From a bacterium (lineage in GTDB: Bacteria; UBA8248), in assembly GCA_965207065.1 (NCBI GenBank), contig OZ242260.1, forward strand, positions 2,272,001 to 2,336,000: a DNA stretch of 64,000 nt, given 5' to 3'. A model generated the notes under the pieces. The model was not told the DNA's origin and did not search any database. It saw only the letters and a program-made list of their open reading frames with translations. This document shows positions 30,606 through 41,699 of the stretch, in pieces. Within the stretch, counting starts at the first letter, position 1, and every line of letters starts with the position of its first letter. The position numbers and the translations under genes are program-made.

Positions 30606-31922
30606 ATGATGAACAGAGAGCGGAAATACCGACTGGGAACAGGGGTACTTGGGTTCGTCATGGCTTTGTCGTTGTTCGCCGCGCCTGCCGCCGGTGGAGA
30701 GATGGACGACCTCAAGACGCAGATCAAGGCGCTCATGGAGCGGCTCGAAGCCCTGGAAGCCCGAGAGAAGAAGATGAAGGCCGATATGATGTCTGCCCAG
30801 GAGGCCGTCCGGAAAAAAGCCGTGGCCACGGGCGATTTTCCGGGTTCGTGGAAGATGCCGGGGTCGAACACTTCCGTTTCGTTCAGCGGCTACGTGAAGC
30901 TCGATGCGATCTATGATTTCGACAAGGATCTGGGCGATTCCTTTTTCGGCTATGATTACGGGGGCGGTGCGAGCGGCATTCCTCTGGATGGCGATGCCAG
31001 ACGACAAAAAACCTCCCTGCACGCCCGGCAGACGCGCCTTCGCTTCGACAGCCTGACGCCGACGAAGATGGGCGGGCTCAAGACCAGGATCGAAACAGAT
31101 TTTTATTACAATTCCGGCGCACCTTTGAGACTTCGCCACGCCTACGCCACTTTGGGCGGGGTGCTCGCCGGCCAGACCTGGACGATCCTGCAGGACGAGA
31201 ATACCTATGCCGACACGGTGGACTTCGAAGGTCCTGTCGGCGTCGTTACGAGCCGCCTGGCCCAGTTGCGCTACACCCAGGCCATGGGAAAGAACCTCAC
31301 CGCCCAGGTTGCGCTCGATGACCCCGGCAGCCCGACCATTCTGAAAGCAGGCGGCAATGCCTCGTCCGAGGACCGGATGCCGAACCTGCTTGCGGCCCTG
31401 CGCCTGAAGACGGCCTGGGGCGCCGTTAACGTATCGGGCCTCATCGGACAGGTACTCTACGAAGAAGGGGCGGTTGAGGAGAGCCTGACCATCTCCGCAC
31501 TTCACCTCGGCGCAAACGTCGGTCTGGGCAGGGACACCCGCCTGTGGGGCACGTTCAACGTGGGCCAGGGCGGTTTGGGGAACTACATGCTCGGAGTACC
31601 CGCCGCCGCCGTCCTGGGTGCGAATAACGAACTGGAGGCGCTGGATTCGACGGGCGGGTTCGTGGGCATCACGCACAACTGGAGCGGTTCGGTGAGTTCG
31701 AGTTTATATTACGGCTGGGTGGAGAACGATTATGAGGACCCGGCCAGGGCGGCGTTCCCGGACCTCAGCCAATCGCTCCAGACGGTGCACGCCAACGTCT
31801 GGTGGTCACCTGCGCCCAAGACGAGGGTAGGCGTGGAATTCATCCATGGCCGACGCGAGACGAACGACGGCAGAGAGGGTGACGCGGCGCGCCTGCAGTT
31901 GGGGCTGCAGTACAGCTTCTAG
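30606..31922 (+). CDS. DcaP-like outer-membrane porin
   Basis: Signal peptide, N-terminal coiled coil, GYVKLDA.YD, ARQTRL, RLRHAY, LAGQTW and terminal YSF. Confidence 0.85.
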   Translation: MMNRERKYRLGTGVLGFVMALSLFAAPAAGGEMDDLKTQIKALMERLEALEAREKKMKADMMSAQEAVRKKAVATGDFPGSWKMPGSNTSVSFSGYVKLDAIYDFDKDLGDSFFGYDYGGGASGIPLDGDARRQKTSLHARQTRLRFDSLTPTKMGGLKTRIETDFYYNSGAPLRLRHAYATLGGVLAGQTWTILQDENTYADTVDFEGPVGVVTSRLAQLRYTQAMGKNLTAQVALDDPGSPTILKAGGNASSEDRMPNLLAALRLKTAWGAVNVSGLIGQVLYEEGAVEESLTISALHLGANVGLGRDTRLWGTFNVGQGGLGNYMLGVPAAAVLGANNELEALDSTGGFVGITHNWSGSVSSSLYYGWVENDYEDPARAAFPDLSQSLQTVHANVWWSPAPKTRVGVEFIHGRRETNDGREGDAARLQLGLQYSF

Positions 31923-32291
31923 TTTTTTTATATGGCTTGTGGGCTGCCGCTACCGGCATCCCCGGTTGCTTGCTATCATCACTGCGTGCGACGGCAGCGT
32001 GGTCGTCTCCCGTCCGGGAGAGTTGCTTTCGGTGAATCCACGCATCTCCCGTCATGGTGAGGAACGCGCCCGCGAATGTCCGGGAGGGATTTGGGTTTGC
32101 GATTTCCCGTCGGTTCGCCCTGGAATTTCATGCGGCACAAAAACCAGACACGGCGGCTTGAGAGTCGCCGCATGTTCAGTCCGCAGCGAACTCGCAGGGG
32201 CCTTGGGAGAGGGGTTGGACTTTCTCTTGCGCGAAGGCTCCATTTTTTCTTCGAATCGACCGGCTTACACAACGAGAACAGGGGGCCAACC

Positions 32292-33329
32292 ATGAAATCC
32301 AGAGTATTGCTTATCTTCGTTTTGACTCTCGCTATCGGGGCGTCAGCGCTCGTATCCCTCCCCGGCAAGGCCGATGCCGCCTGCAGTGTCCGCATCGGCG
32401 ACCTGAACTGGGACAGCGCCAACTTTCACGATCAGGTGACCGCGTTCATCCTGGAGCACGGCTACGGCTGCCGGGTGCGGCTCATCTACGGCGGCACGCT
32501 GCCGATCATGACGGCCCACTACGAGGGCAAGAACGACATTGTCATGGAGCTTTGGTACGACAACGTGAAGGCGCAGTATGACCCCGCCATGAAGAGCGGC
32601 AAGGTCAAACAAGTAGGGGTCAACACGCCCGACAGCATACAGGGCTGGTTCATCCCGCGCTTCGTCCAGAAGGCGAATCCGGGTCTCAAGTCGGTCTTCG
32701 ACCTGCCCAAATACAAGCATCTCTTCAAGGACCCCGAAGAACCCTCCAAAGGCCGGTTCGTGAACTGCATCCCAGGCTGGTCCTGCGAGGTCATCAACAC
32801 GGTGAAGCTGCGCGCCTACGGGCTGGAAAAACACTTCACCAATTTCCGGCCCGGCTCGGGCGGCGCGCTCGCGGCGGCCATCAAGGGCGCGTATCTCAAG
32901 AAAAAACCCGTACTCGCCTATTACTGGGCGCCGACGCCGCTCCTGGGACAACTCGATCTCGTCCAGCTCGAAGAGCCTGCATGGAACGAGGCCGACTGGA
33001 ACGTTGTAGTGAAACACATGGACGCGCTCAAGAAGGGCGGAATGGAGGCTTTGGGGAACCCGAAGAAAGCGACAGCCTACCGGACGGCGGAACTGCCGAA
33101 ATCGGTCACGACAAAGTTCGCGGCCAAGCATCCCGAGATCGTCGCCTTCATCGAGAAATACACGCTCCCGTCGAAAGAGGTCTCAAAGATGCTGGCCTAT
33201 CTCGAGACCAAGGCCGGCGGCGACGCCAAAACCACCGCTATCCATTTCCTGAAGACCAACAAGGTCTGGAAGAAGTGGGTTCCGGCCGACGTCGCGAAAA
33301 AGATCGAGGAGGCGCTCAAATCTGCGTAA
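32292..33329 (+). CDS. proX: Glycine betaine/proline ABC substrate-binding protein
   Basis: LNWDSA, C.PGWSCE, PGSG.AL and YYWAPT. Confidence 0.85.
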   Translation: MKSRVLLIFVLTLAIGASALVSLPGKADAACSVRIGDLNWDSANFHDQVTAFILEHGYGCRVRLIYGGTLPIMTAHYEGKNDIVMELWYDNVKAQYDPAMKSGKVKQVGVNTPDSIQGWFIPRFVQKANPGLKSVFDLPKYKHLFKDPEEPSKGRFVNCIPGWSCEVINTVKLRAYGLEKHFTNFRPGSGGALAAAIKGAYLKKKPVLAYYWAPTPLLGQLDLVQLEEPAWNEADWNVVVKHMDALKKGGMEALGNPKKATAYRTAELPKSVTTKFAAKHPEIVAFIEKYTLPSKEVSKMLAYLETKAGGDAKTTAIHFLKTNKVWKKWVPADVAKKIEEALKSA

Positions 33330-33390
33330 GCCGCGCCCGCGCGATGCTTTTCACTCGTGAAGCAGCGTTAAATCCCGGGGAGGTCCGCCC

Positions 33391-34299
33391 ATGATGAACT
33401 TAATCCGCGGACTGTTCCCGGAGTGGGCGGTCGAGTGGCCAAAGAATCTCAACCTGCCGCTCAACAAGTGGACCAACGATTTCGTGGAGTGGCTGGTCAC
33501 CGAGTACGGGGTCATCTTCGAGACCGCCTCGGACGCCATACTCGTGGTGCTGGTGGGCCTGGAGCGCTTCCTGCGCGACCTCCCGTGGGTTGTCGTATTC
33601 CTCGGCGTGGGAGCGGTCACATTCTATTCCAGCGGGCGCAAATGGGGCCTGACCGCGCTCGTGGCCGCCTGCATGTTCTTCATCGGTCTCACCGATCCCA
33701 GGCTCTGGGACTTGTCGATGATGACCCTTTCGGTGATGCTTGTCTCCACCCTCATCTGCATCGGAGTTGGCGTTCCGGTCGGCATCGCGATATCGAGAAA
33801 CGACCGGATGCGCGACATGGTGCTGCCCGCACTCGACCTGATGCAGACCATGCCGAGCTTCGTCTATCTCATTCCGGCGATCATGCTCTTCGGCCTGGGC
33901 GCGGTGCCCGCCGTCTTCGCCACGGTGATCTACGCCATCCCGCCGGTGATACGCCTGACCGACCTGGGCATCCGCCTGGTGGATGAGGACATCGTCGAAG
34001 CTTCCGACGCCATGGGCGCGAGCAAGAGGCAGAAGCTCCTTCGCGTGCAGATACCGATGGCGCTGCCCAACATCATGCAGGGGGTCAACCAGACGACGAT
34101 GATGGCGCTCGCGATGGTGGTGATCGCCTCAATGATCGGAACGCGGGGGCTTGGCACCGAGGTGCTCATCGGCCTCCAGCAGCTCAACGTCGGCCGCGCG
34201 CTCGAGGCCGGCGTGGCCATCGTGCTGCTCGCCATCGTCATGGACCGCGTCACACAGGCCTACGGCGGGCGCTTCATCCGCATGGACGGGAGGGGCTGA
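33391..34299 (+). CDS. proW: Glycine betaine/proline ABC permease
   Basis: LDLMQTMPSFVYLIP and GVNQTTMMALAMVVIASMIG. Confidence 0.92.
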   Translation: MMNLIRGLFPEWAVEWPKNLNLPLNKWTNDFVEWLVTEYGVIFETASDAILVVLVGLERFLRDLPWVVVFLGVGAVTFYSSGRKWGLTALVAACMFFIGLTDPRLWDLSMMTLSVMLVSTLICIGVGVPVGIAISRNDRMRDMVLPALDLMQTMPSFVYLIPAIMLFGLGAVPAVFATVIYAIPPVIRLTDLGIRLVDEDIVEASDAMGASKRQKLLRVQIPMALPNIMQGVNQTTMMALAMVVIASMIGTRGLGTEVLIGLQQLNVGRALEAGVAIVLLAIVMDRVTQAYGGRFIRMDGRG

Positions 34300-34303
34300 G
34301 CCG

Positions 34304-35332
34304 ATGGCGCTGATCGAGGTGCGAAACGTCTACAAGATATTCGGAACGGGACGCGCGCTGGACACGGCGCTCGAAATGGCCCAAACGGGAGTCGAGAAGA
34401 ACGACGTGCTGGTCGAGACCGGCTGCACCCTGGGCTTAAAGGACGTGAGCCTCTCCGTCGAGCGCGGCGAGATATTCGTGGTCATGGGCCTTTCGGGTTC
34501 GGGAAAATCTACCCTGATCCGCCACATCAACCGGCTGATCGACCCGACGACGGGCCAGATACTCGTCGACGGGCGGGACGTTCTCGAATTCTCGACCGAG
34601 GAGTTGCTCGCCTTCCGGCGGGGCGCCGTGAGCATGGTCTTTCAGCGTTTCGCGCTCTTTCCGCACTTGACGGTCATTGAGAACGTGGGCTACGGCCTGG
34701 AAGTCCAGGGGGTGGAACCTGCCGAGCGGCGCCGGCGCGCGATGCGGTGGATAGAGGACGTGGGCCTCATCGGCTATGAAAACGCCTACCCGGCCCAGCT
34801 ATCGGGCGGCATGCAGCAGCGCGTGGGTCTGTCGCGCGCGCTGTGCACGGACCCCGAGATTCTCCTCATGGACGAGCCATTCAGCGCCCTGGATCCGCTG
34901 ATCCGCAAGCAGATGCAGGAACACCTCATCGCGCTCCAGCGCGACCTCAAGAAGACCATCGTCTTCATCACTCATGATCTGGACGAGGCGCTCAAGCTGG
35001 GCGATGACGTCGCCATCCTGAAGGACGGCGTGATCGACCAGATAGGCGGGCCGGAGGAGATTCTGCTCAACCCTGCCACCGAATACGTGCGCGAGTTCGT
35101 GCGCGACGTGAAGCGGGGCCGCGTGGTGACGGCGGCCTCCATCATGACGCCGCCGTGCAGCGAGACCACCGGTCCGGTCGTATCGCGCGACACCGTGCTT
35201 CAGGACGCGCTGCCCAAATCCATCGCGAGCGACGCGCCGCTTCGGGTGGTTGACGATGCGGGCGCCGTCGTCGGCGCTCTCTCCCGCGAGACCCTCCTTC
35301 GCGGACTGGCGGACCATTCCGGGAAGGCGTGA
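34304..35332 (+). CDS. proV: Glycine betaine/proline ABC ATP-binding protein
   Basis: MGLSGSGKST, LSGGMQQRVGL and MDEPFSALDPLIR. Confidence 0.92.
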   Translation: MALIEVRNVYKIFGTGRALDTALEMAQTGVEKNDVLVETGCTLGLKDVSLSVERGEIFVVMGLSGSGKSTLIRHINRLIDPTTGQILVDGRDVLEFSTEELLAFRRGAVSMVFQRFALFPHLTVIENVGYGLEVQGVEPAERRRRAMRWIEDVGLIGYENAYPAQLSGGMQQRVGLSRALCTDPEILLMDEPFSALDPLIRKQMQEHLIALQRDLKKTIVFITHDLDEALKLGDDVAILKDGVIDQIGGPEEILLNPATEYVREFVRDVKRGRVVTAASIMTPPCSETTGPVVSRDTVLQDALPKSIASDAPLRVVDDAGAVVGALSRETLLRGLADHSGKA

Positions 35333-35339
35333 GGCGGGG

Positions 35340-35620
35340 CTTCGCGCCTGCCCGGCGCTAGTCCCGCCAGGGAAGATGGTCCGGATCGGCCTCGCGAGCT
35401 CGTAAACTCTCGAATGCGCCTTGGTTTTCCCGATCCCGTATCGTCGATGTTTGTCCTTATCCGCCCACCGGCCTGCTCACATTCCTCGCGGCGCCGCGTA
35501 CGCGCCGTGAAGTTGAAAACCGTGTTTCGCCAAGTCGATACCCATGATGTGAACCTGATCCATCCTGCTCCCTCTGCAAAGCGGAAAGCAGGGCCGTGCT
35601 GCAACGGTGTGTTACGACCG
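35340..35620 (-). mobile_element. Internally deleted IS110/IS1111-family remnant
   Basis: ATG at 35563 after gggagcagg encodes MDQVHIMGIDLAKHGFQLHG, then runs into non-coding sequence. Confidence 0.6.
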
Positions 35621-35789
35621 GAATAGGTCGTCTACCCTGTCGGGAGCGGAAGATACTGGGTTGTGCTCGACGTTGCGGTGACGAGCGCGGCGATGGGCGC
35701 TCGGAAGATATAGCGGGCGGCCAAACGCCCCCCAACTCCGCATCCATGATTGCCCCTCCCGGCAGCCGGTAATCCGCTTCGCTCAGGAA

Positions 35790-36125
35790 CCGCTTTGCGA
35801 GATCAGACAGAGCGAGTTCCGCCACAAGCGGTCCGGGCGAGGGGTCTTCTCACGTCTTGATCTGGTCGATGACCGTGGCGGCCTTCTCCCTCGCCTCCTC
35901 ACGTGGCATCTCGCCGTGGCGACCAAGCGTCACACGCACAGGTCCCCGGGGAGCTCTCGACTGGACCACGTAGGTCTTACGGCCAGTCGCGTGGACGCGC
36001 ACCCCGAAGCCCGCCGGCTCTCGGTCCCGGAAGAGGGCGTCCCCCGCACCGATCTCCAGGAAGTCGACGTCGCACTTGGTGAGCCTGCGTTCGCTTCGTT
36101 TCTGAATATTCCCTTCCCGATCCAT
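35790..36125 (-). pseudogene. Truncated tyrosine integrase (N-terminal arm-binding domain only)
   Basis: LTK..VD...RD.E..GFGVRV..TGRKTYVVQ.R...RVTLGRHG...EEARE.A, then a stop. Confidence 0.75.
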
Positions 36126-36541
36126 TGTAATCAAATCGCGAACGTACCACGTTAATCCGGAGCGAATTCCAGCATTAGCATGACGGAAAGGCAAGCGGAA
36201 AACAGACAGGAAAAAACGCATTTATGTGGGATTAACATGAATTTGTATACGGAAGCGCCATTGTCGTAAGGATGGATCATGAACCATGTATCTCCCTTCT
36301 CAGTCGGAACTGACTTCATCAGTCGCGTCAATCGCTCCTTTATTAATCATGAAATCCTCCCTGGTTTTTTTCACCACAGGAAGTGAAGTTATAAATATCT
36401 GTACTTATATCGATTATATCATTTATTGTTCATTCTTGGGCCATGCAAGAAATGCACATTTCAAAGCTTGTAATCAAAACGAAAGCGGACTCATTACAAC
36501 CCCCGCGAATCCATTCGAACGAATGTCGATCAAAATCGGCG

Positions 36542-37331
36542 GCCGGGTAGGCGGGGTCGTTGTCGAGCCCCGCCCCCCACAGACCCGAGCGTGCGCGATT
36601 TACGCACTCGGTTCCTCACCTGACAGGTTCGCTCAAGAAGCTCGAATGCTTCCTCGCCTGTTCGGCTATCCACTGATGTTTCGTGTACGTGTTTGTGGAA
36701 CTCAGGGTTTCCTCCAACGTTTCCCATCAGTGGCTCTGTACAGATGACGCCCCGCTTCCCTCCAGCGGGTCCCGGTGGCCACGGTTCCCCGCCTTCAGCG
36801 GTACTATCAAGGCGCTACGACTTCCTGCCCTCGCAACTCCTTCGGCTTATTGTTTTCGCCAGCCGGTTCCGCGGGCGCCTGCCGGGTTCGTGTCCGCCCT
36901 GGGGCGCTCCCGCCGCCGTGCAGGTCCGGCGTCGGGCCGGGGTCTGGATTGTTCACGCCGGTCGTCCCCTTTCCAGCGTTCTTGCCCACGGGCAAGAGCA
37001 GGATCTCCCAGGTTCCCTGGCGACCCATCCCCGTAACTTTGCGCCGGTCCACGACCCCGGACGACCCGTTGCCCCTCGCCAATAGCGGCGCTTCCGGTGC
37101 TGCCCCCACACGATTAACAATGAGTGCGTCGTCGATTCACCGATTTCGAGGCTTACCCCGCCGCTTCATCACCTGCTGTCTTCGCTTCACGACGCGCGTT
37201 GCCGCACGCCACGTAAGACTCGCTTCCGGCTGGCCGGCTTCGCCTTTGCCGGGCGGGAGTCGAACCCGCTGCGTCACTACGAGAGGTTTCAGGTCATGGC
37301 GTCCTCCTCTCCAGGGCTTAGCCTGGCGCAA
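36542..37331 (-). mobile_element. ORF-less group II intron (790 nt), diverged copy of the 13140 family
   Basis: Minus strand TTGCGCCAGG...CTACCCGGC; same EBS1; RT removed at a junction different from copy 2. Confidence 0.9.
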
Positions 37332-37780
37332 TATCCGTTCATCCGGGCCGTGATGGAGGCCGGCTTAAGCTGTTGAGAGTTCGTTTCCAGTTTTTCCTGA
37401 GGGAATGGAGCCGGATATCCTTTTCCGGTTGTGCGCGCCTCGTGTATCTGTCTTAGCGTCCACGTCCCTGTGTGGTTCCGACGTGAATCCATCCCGATGC
37501 CCTGTAGACGGCGCCGGTGTAGCGGGACGTCTCGACGAAGGTCTCGATGAGGACGGGGGTCGTGCCATAGCGTTCGGTCCAGTCTCCGGGCAGGCGTCTG
37601 CGGATGATGGCGAGGAGGTGCGAGCCGAGGTTGGGGATTTTGATCCATGGCAGGATGAGGAACCTCGGGTGGTCGTCCACGAGGAGGAGGCTCTTTTCGC
37701 GCAACTTGGGTATCCAGCCGATGAAGCTGTCGCGCGGGGTGAGCTTCCACGCAGCGTTGCTGTAACCGAGCATGGCGGGG
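37332..37780 (-). mobile_element. Right-end remnant of a related IS66 (DUF4338 3' part plus IR)
   Basis: RFLILPWIKIPNLGSH...TTQGRGR; minus-strand IR ccatcacggcccggatgaacggata abuts the intron; terminal C at 36541. Confidence 0.8.
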
Positions 37781-37789
37781 GGGGCTTCT

Positions 37790-38047
37790 GTCGCGGTCAT
37801 GGACCTCGAGGTGAAAGACGGCGAGTTCATGGCGTTGGGTCCATCGGGCTGTGGGATGACCACCACGTTTAAAATGGTTCTGGGCTTCGAGAAACCCGCG
37901 AGCGGCACGATGATGATTGATGATCGCATGGTGAGACAATTCGAGCCGGGTGACATAGGCTTGGGTATGGCGCACCAATATCTCGCGTTCTTTTCCAACC
38001 GAGACCATCGCCTTCTTCCTCTGGCGGTAGGTCCGACAGTTCAATAA
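37790..38047 (+). pseudogene. Fragment of a sugar ABC ATPase
   Basis: DLEVKDGEFMALGPSGCGMTT with a degenerate Walker A. Confidence 0.6.
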
Positions 38048-38162
38048 GTACGGCTTCGGCGCGGCCGCCAATATCCTTTTGCCTTATGTTCGGAACACTG
38101 ATATATCATAGTAGTTATCTGCTCGTTCGGGAGTGGTCCATCGTCGAATTGGAGCGTATGAC

Positions 38163-39131
38163 ATGGTGAACGAGGCCGACAGGCGCGCGGAGATGTCATT
38201 CGCCAGGCGCTACAACCTCTTCTTCTGGTTCCGCCACGCAGCACTTCTGGGCTGGGCGGCCATGATCATGTTCCCGATATTCTGGATGGTTTCCACTTCC
38301 TTCAAGGATTCGGGCGATTGGTTGGCCTGGCCGCCGAACTGGTTTCCGAGCTTCCTCGGCGGAGGATACGAACCCACCCTGCACAACTACCGGCAGATTT
38401 TCAGTGTGGTCGGACACGGTGAAGGCCTCAGCCGCGATGTTACCGAGCAGGCCTTCACGATTTGGGCAGCGGTGCGCGATTCTATGGTCGTCTCCTCCAT
38501 CAGCGCGCTGGTCGCGCTCCTGCTGGGCACGTTCCTGGCCTACTCGATTTCGCGCTTCAACGTGGGCGGCAAGTATTTCCGCTATATGATCCTGACCATC
38601 CGCATGGTCCCGCCCATCATCATCGCGATTCCCGTCGTGATGTACTACGCCATAATGATTCCGTTCGCGACCCAGACGGTTCTCGGCTACCGGATCAGCA
38701 TGATCGACTCCTACACCGGCCTGTGCCTTCTCTACATAGCGACCACGCTGCCGTTCGTCATCTGGATGATGCTGAACTTCATCGAGGAGATTCCCAAGAC
38801 CATCGAACACGCCGCGCAAATCATGGGCGCGGGCCGCATCTACACGCTTCGCCGCGTCGTGATGCCCCTGGTCGCTCCGGGCATGGTGGTGACATTCCTG
38901 TTCATCTTCATCCTGAACTGGAGCGAGTTCCTGCTCGCGCTGACGCTGACCCAGCCGAGGGTCGTCACGCTGCCCATCCTGCTCAACAAGTTCCAGAGCG
39001 CGGTGGAGGGGAGGCTCTACGGACCGCAGGCGGCCATAGGAACCGTCATTACCATCCCCGTGGTTATGCTAGGCGTCCTGATCCAGAAGCACCTCATCAC
39101 AGGCTTCAGCTTCGGCACCATCCGCAAGTAA
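38163..39131 (+). CDS. Carbohydrate ABC transporter permease (orphan)
   Basis: IEHAAQIMGA and NWSEF; multiple TM segments. Confidence 0.88.
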   Translation: MVNEADRRAEMSFARRYNLFFWFRHAALLGWAAMIMFPIFWMVSTSFKDSGDWLAWPPNWFPSFLGGGYEPTLHNYRQIFSVVGHGEGLSRDVTEQAFTIWAAVRDSMVVSSISALVALLLGTFLAYSISRFNVGGKYFRYMILTIRMVPPIIIAIPVVMYYAIMIPFATQTVLGYRISMIDSYTGLCLLYIATTLPFVIWMMLNFIEEIPKTIEHAAQIMGAGRIYTLRRVVMPLVAPGMVVTFLFIFILNWSEFLLALTLTQPRVVTLPILLNKFQSAVEGRLYGPQAAIGTVITIPVVMLGVLIQKHLITGFSFGTIRK

Positions 39132-39356
39132 CGCCTCGCGCCAATGCGGGCGAATTCGCACAATTGCGGAGGAACCGGAAAACTTCTTTTTGGGTACATA
39201 TCTGAATATAGGACGCTTAAATTTATGATGAATTCTTCTTGCCTTGCGCGAGGACATTGCCAGCCTCCGCCCATGCTGCATATCCCCTCATCCGGAGAAT
39301 AAGGGAGCGCCGTCCCGTGCGAGTGTACGGGTGAATTCCGTGCGCGGGGGCGTACA

Positions 39357-40373
39357 TCAGTCCGCTTTGACCGCGCTGCCCGCATCGGGCCTGAGTGTTG
39401 CGGGCGTAAGCGCATCGAAGATGCCCCTGAAGTTTCCGCTGGAGCCGTCATCTTCAGCGAAGTGAACATCGCTCGATTCGACTACACGGCGGGGATGGCC
39501 GTTTGCGTCCGGAACGTTCGAGAACTGACCTCGCCACGTTCCAGCGGTTTACGTGATTTTGCGTTCGGGGTGCGTGATGGTGATCTCTGTATCCTCGAAT
39601 GCGCCCTTCACGTCAAAGGATGCGGAAAAACGAAGGTCGTAGTCGGCAGGTGACGCCTCAGGATCCGGACCCTGCCAGGGCACGACCGGAAAGAGGTGGC
39701 GGCCGGGCGCGGTCTCGATCTGCGCGGAACACCCAAGACAACCGCTGATGCGCCTGCCGGCGAAGTCGGCGGTCAACGATATGGTCCCCGCGAATTCGGT
39801 GTACTCCGAACTACCGGCCAACTCGCCCCAGTTGCGGCCGTAGTTGTAAGTGTACAGGCCATCACTGCCGCCGACATAGGTGGCCGTCCCGGTCAGGGGG
39901 CGGTCTTGAGGGGTCGATTTCGGGGCCATCGAGGAAGAGCCGCGCGTGGCGTAATCGACTGCATAATAGGGTGCGCCGGCTTGATAGACCAGCCACCATC
40001 CGGCCGCGAGATAGTCGGCAGGGTCGTCGTCGTTCCACGAGACGACCGTGTAGAGCAGAATCTTGCCGTCGTAGTGGTTTTCCGCCAGTAGCCATTCACG
40101 GCTGGAATGGCCGGGTTGCAAAGGTCGAGGGAGGTAAAGCCCCCATGAGTTTTCGTAGTGTCTGACGGTATCGAGCGTGCGGGTGCGGCCGTCGTGGTAG
40201 CGCACGTCGATACTGAGAACGTTGTCGACGAAGGTCGTCCGCGTGCGAAACGGTTGGGGTGTGGGCGTGAGCGTAGGCGTCGGGAGTGGAGGCGTAGAGG
40301 AAAAACCGCCACCGAAACAGCCCGCCGTCAGCGTCGTAACCAGTAACAGGGCAATCATTGTCAGAAGTTTCAT
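39357..40373 (-). pseudogene. Frameshifted paralog of lipoprotein 7539-8558
   Basis: High DNA identity of 39250-40395 to 7420-8582, with small indels. Confidence 0.85.
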
Positions 40374-41699
40374 ATACAGTCCTTTGCACGAAATGCGCAG
40401 GGGAAAACAGACTTTTCAATCTCTTCCCCATCCGTTCCAAAAGAAGGAGCAACGCCTAGAATGACTAGGCCATGTCGAGTATGCGGCACTCTTGTACATG
40501 ACTGAAAGTCAAATATTTGTATTTTGTAATCGATTCGCAATCGGATTGATACCATGCCCTGACTTTGCAGTCGCGCGATTGCCTCCCATCTTTTGGATCC
40601 GTTCAGTCACAGGATGACGGCGTCCGCCTTGTTCATCACGGATTTTCGAAGAGATTCTCGCAAAGTGCTGATAACGCAATCCAGCATGAGGAATTTATGT
40701 CGGCATGAGATTTCGCGCAGAAGTTGCTCAGGCGGAGCTTTCGCTGGTCGATAGGCCGGAGGCCCGATGGACTCATCCCTCCGAGACACCCTCATTCAGG
40801 GAGCCGGACCGGCGTTCGTTGTTCCAGCGCACGACTCCGTTCATTTTTCCTCTTCCGATCCGAGGTTCATAATTGTATTTCAGGAGCCGCCGTGCAAGAT
40901 TGATCGAAAGATAGCAGTTCACCTCTCCTGGGAATCGGATCATGCGCGTCTGTTGCGCCAGCGCAGTTCACGCGGTACTGGAGGCCTCCATTGAAGATTC
41001 CCGCCCTGTAGGAAGACTCATGATTCGCCCAAGGCAAGTCAGCGTTCGCGCGTGAGAGGTTGCCCGATTCATTTTTGTTCTCCGCGATGCGTTGAGCATC
41101 CTGTCGCTCGTACACGCACTACTCGACGGGTTTCAGAGAATCAGGGTGTGTACTGGCCTGTTCCCGGCCGTTGCGGATTGGTGCTGCCTCATCACGAGTA
41201 CAGACAATATGTAGGAGAACGGGTCGCTCATCAAGGATTGGTTCTCGGACGTCACATGCCATTACAGCGTATATGGGGCTGCTTCCCTCGAATGGCAAAT
41301 CGCCGGCGAGAAGACCGCGCGTGAACTCGCGCACATGTTCGTCGAGCAGTTTCCGGAGATGGCGGCGCAAGGAACGGGACACGATTTGGTCTATGCGGAA
41401 TGGTTTGCCGGGATGATGGCCACCGCCGATACCGGCGGACTGCCGGCATATTTCGCGGTCTTCGAGTTCGACCTTTCCTATGTTTCCGTCCCGCCACCGC
41501 TATACGACATCTATTGATTGAAGAACCTGCCATTTTCCGACGAACGTTTCTCATTCAGTCGTTTGAGAGGTTCCGGGTTCGCGGATACCGGAAACGAATA
41601 CACCTCGAACACCCTAGCGTTTTCCCTCTCTTCTCCACAGGCGGGCGCGGCGCATGAATACGGACGAATCCTCACGCCACCGCCTATACCCGATTCGCC

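Noticed and set aside
40950-41517. Broken ORF fragments
   Set aside because: No recognisable motif; cannot be assigned
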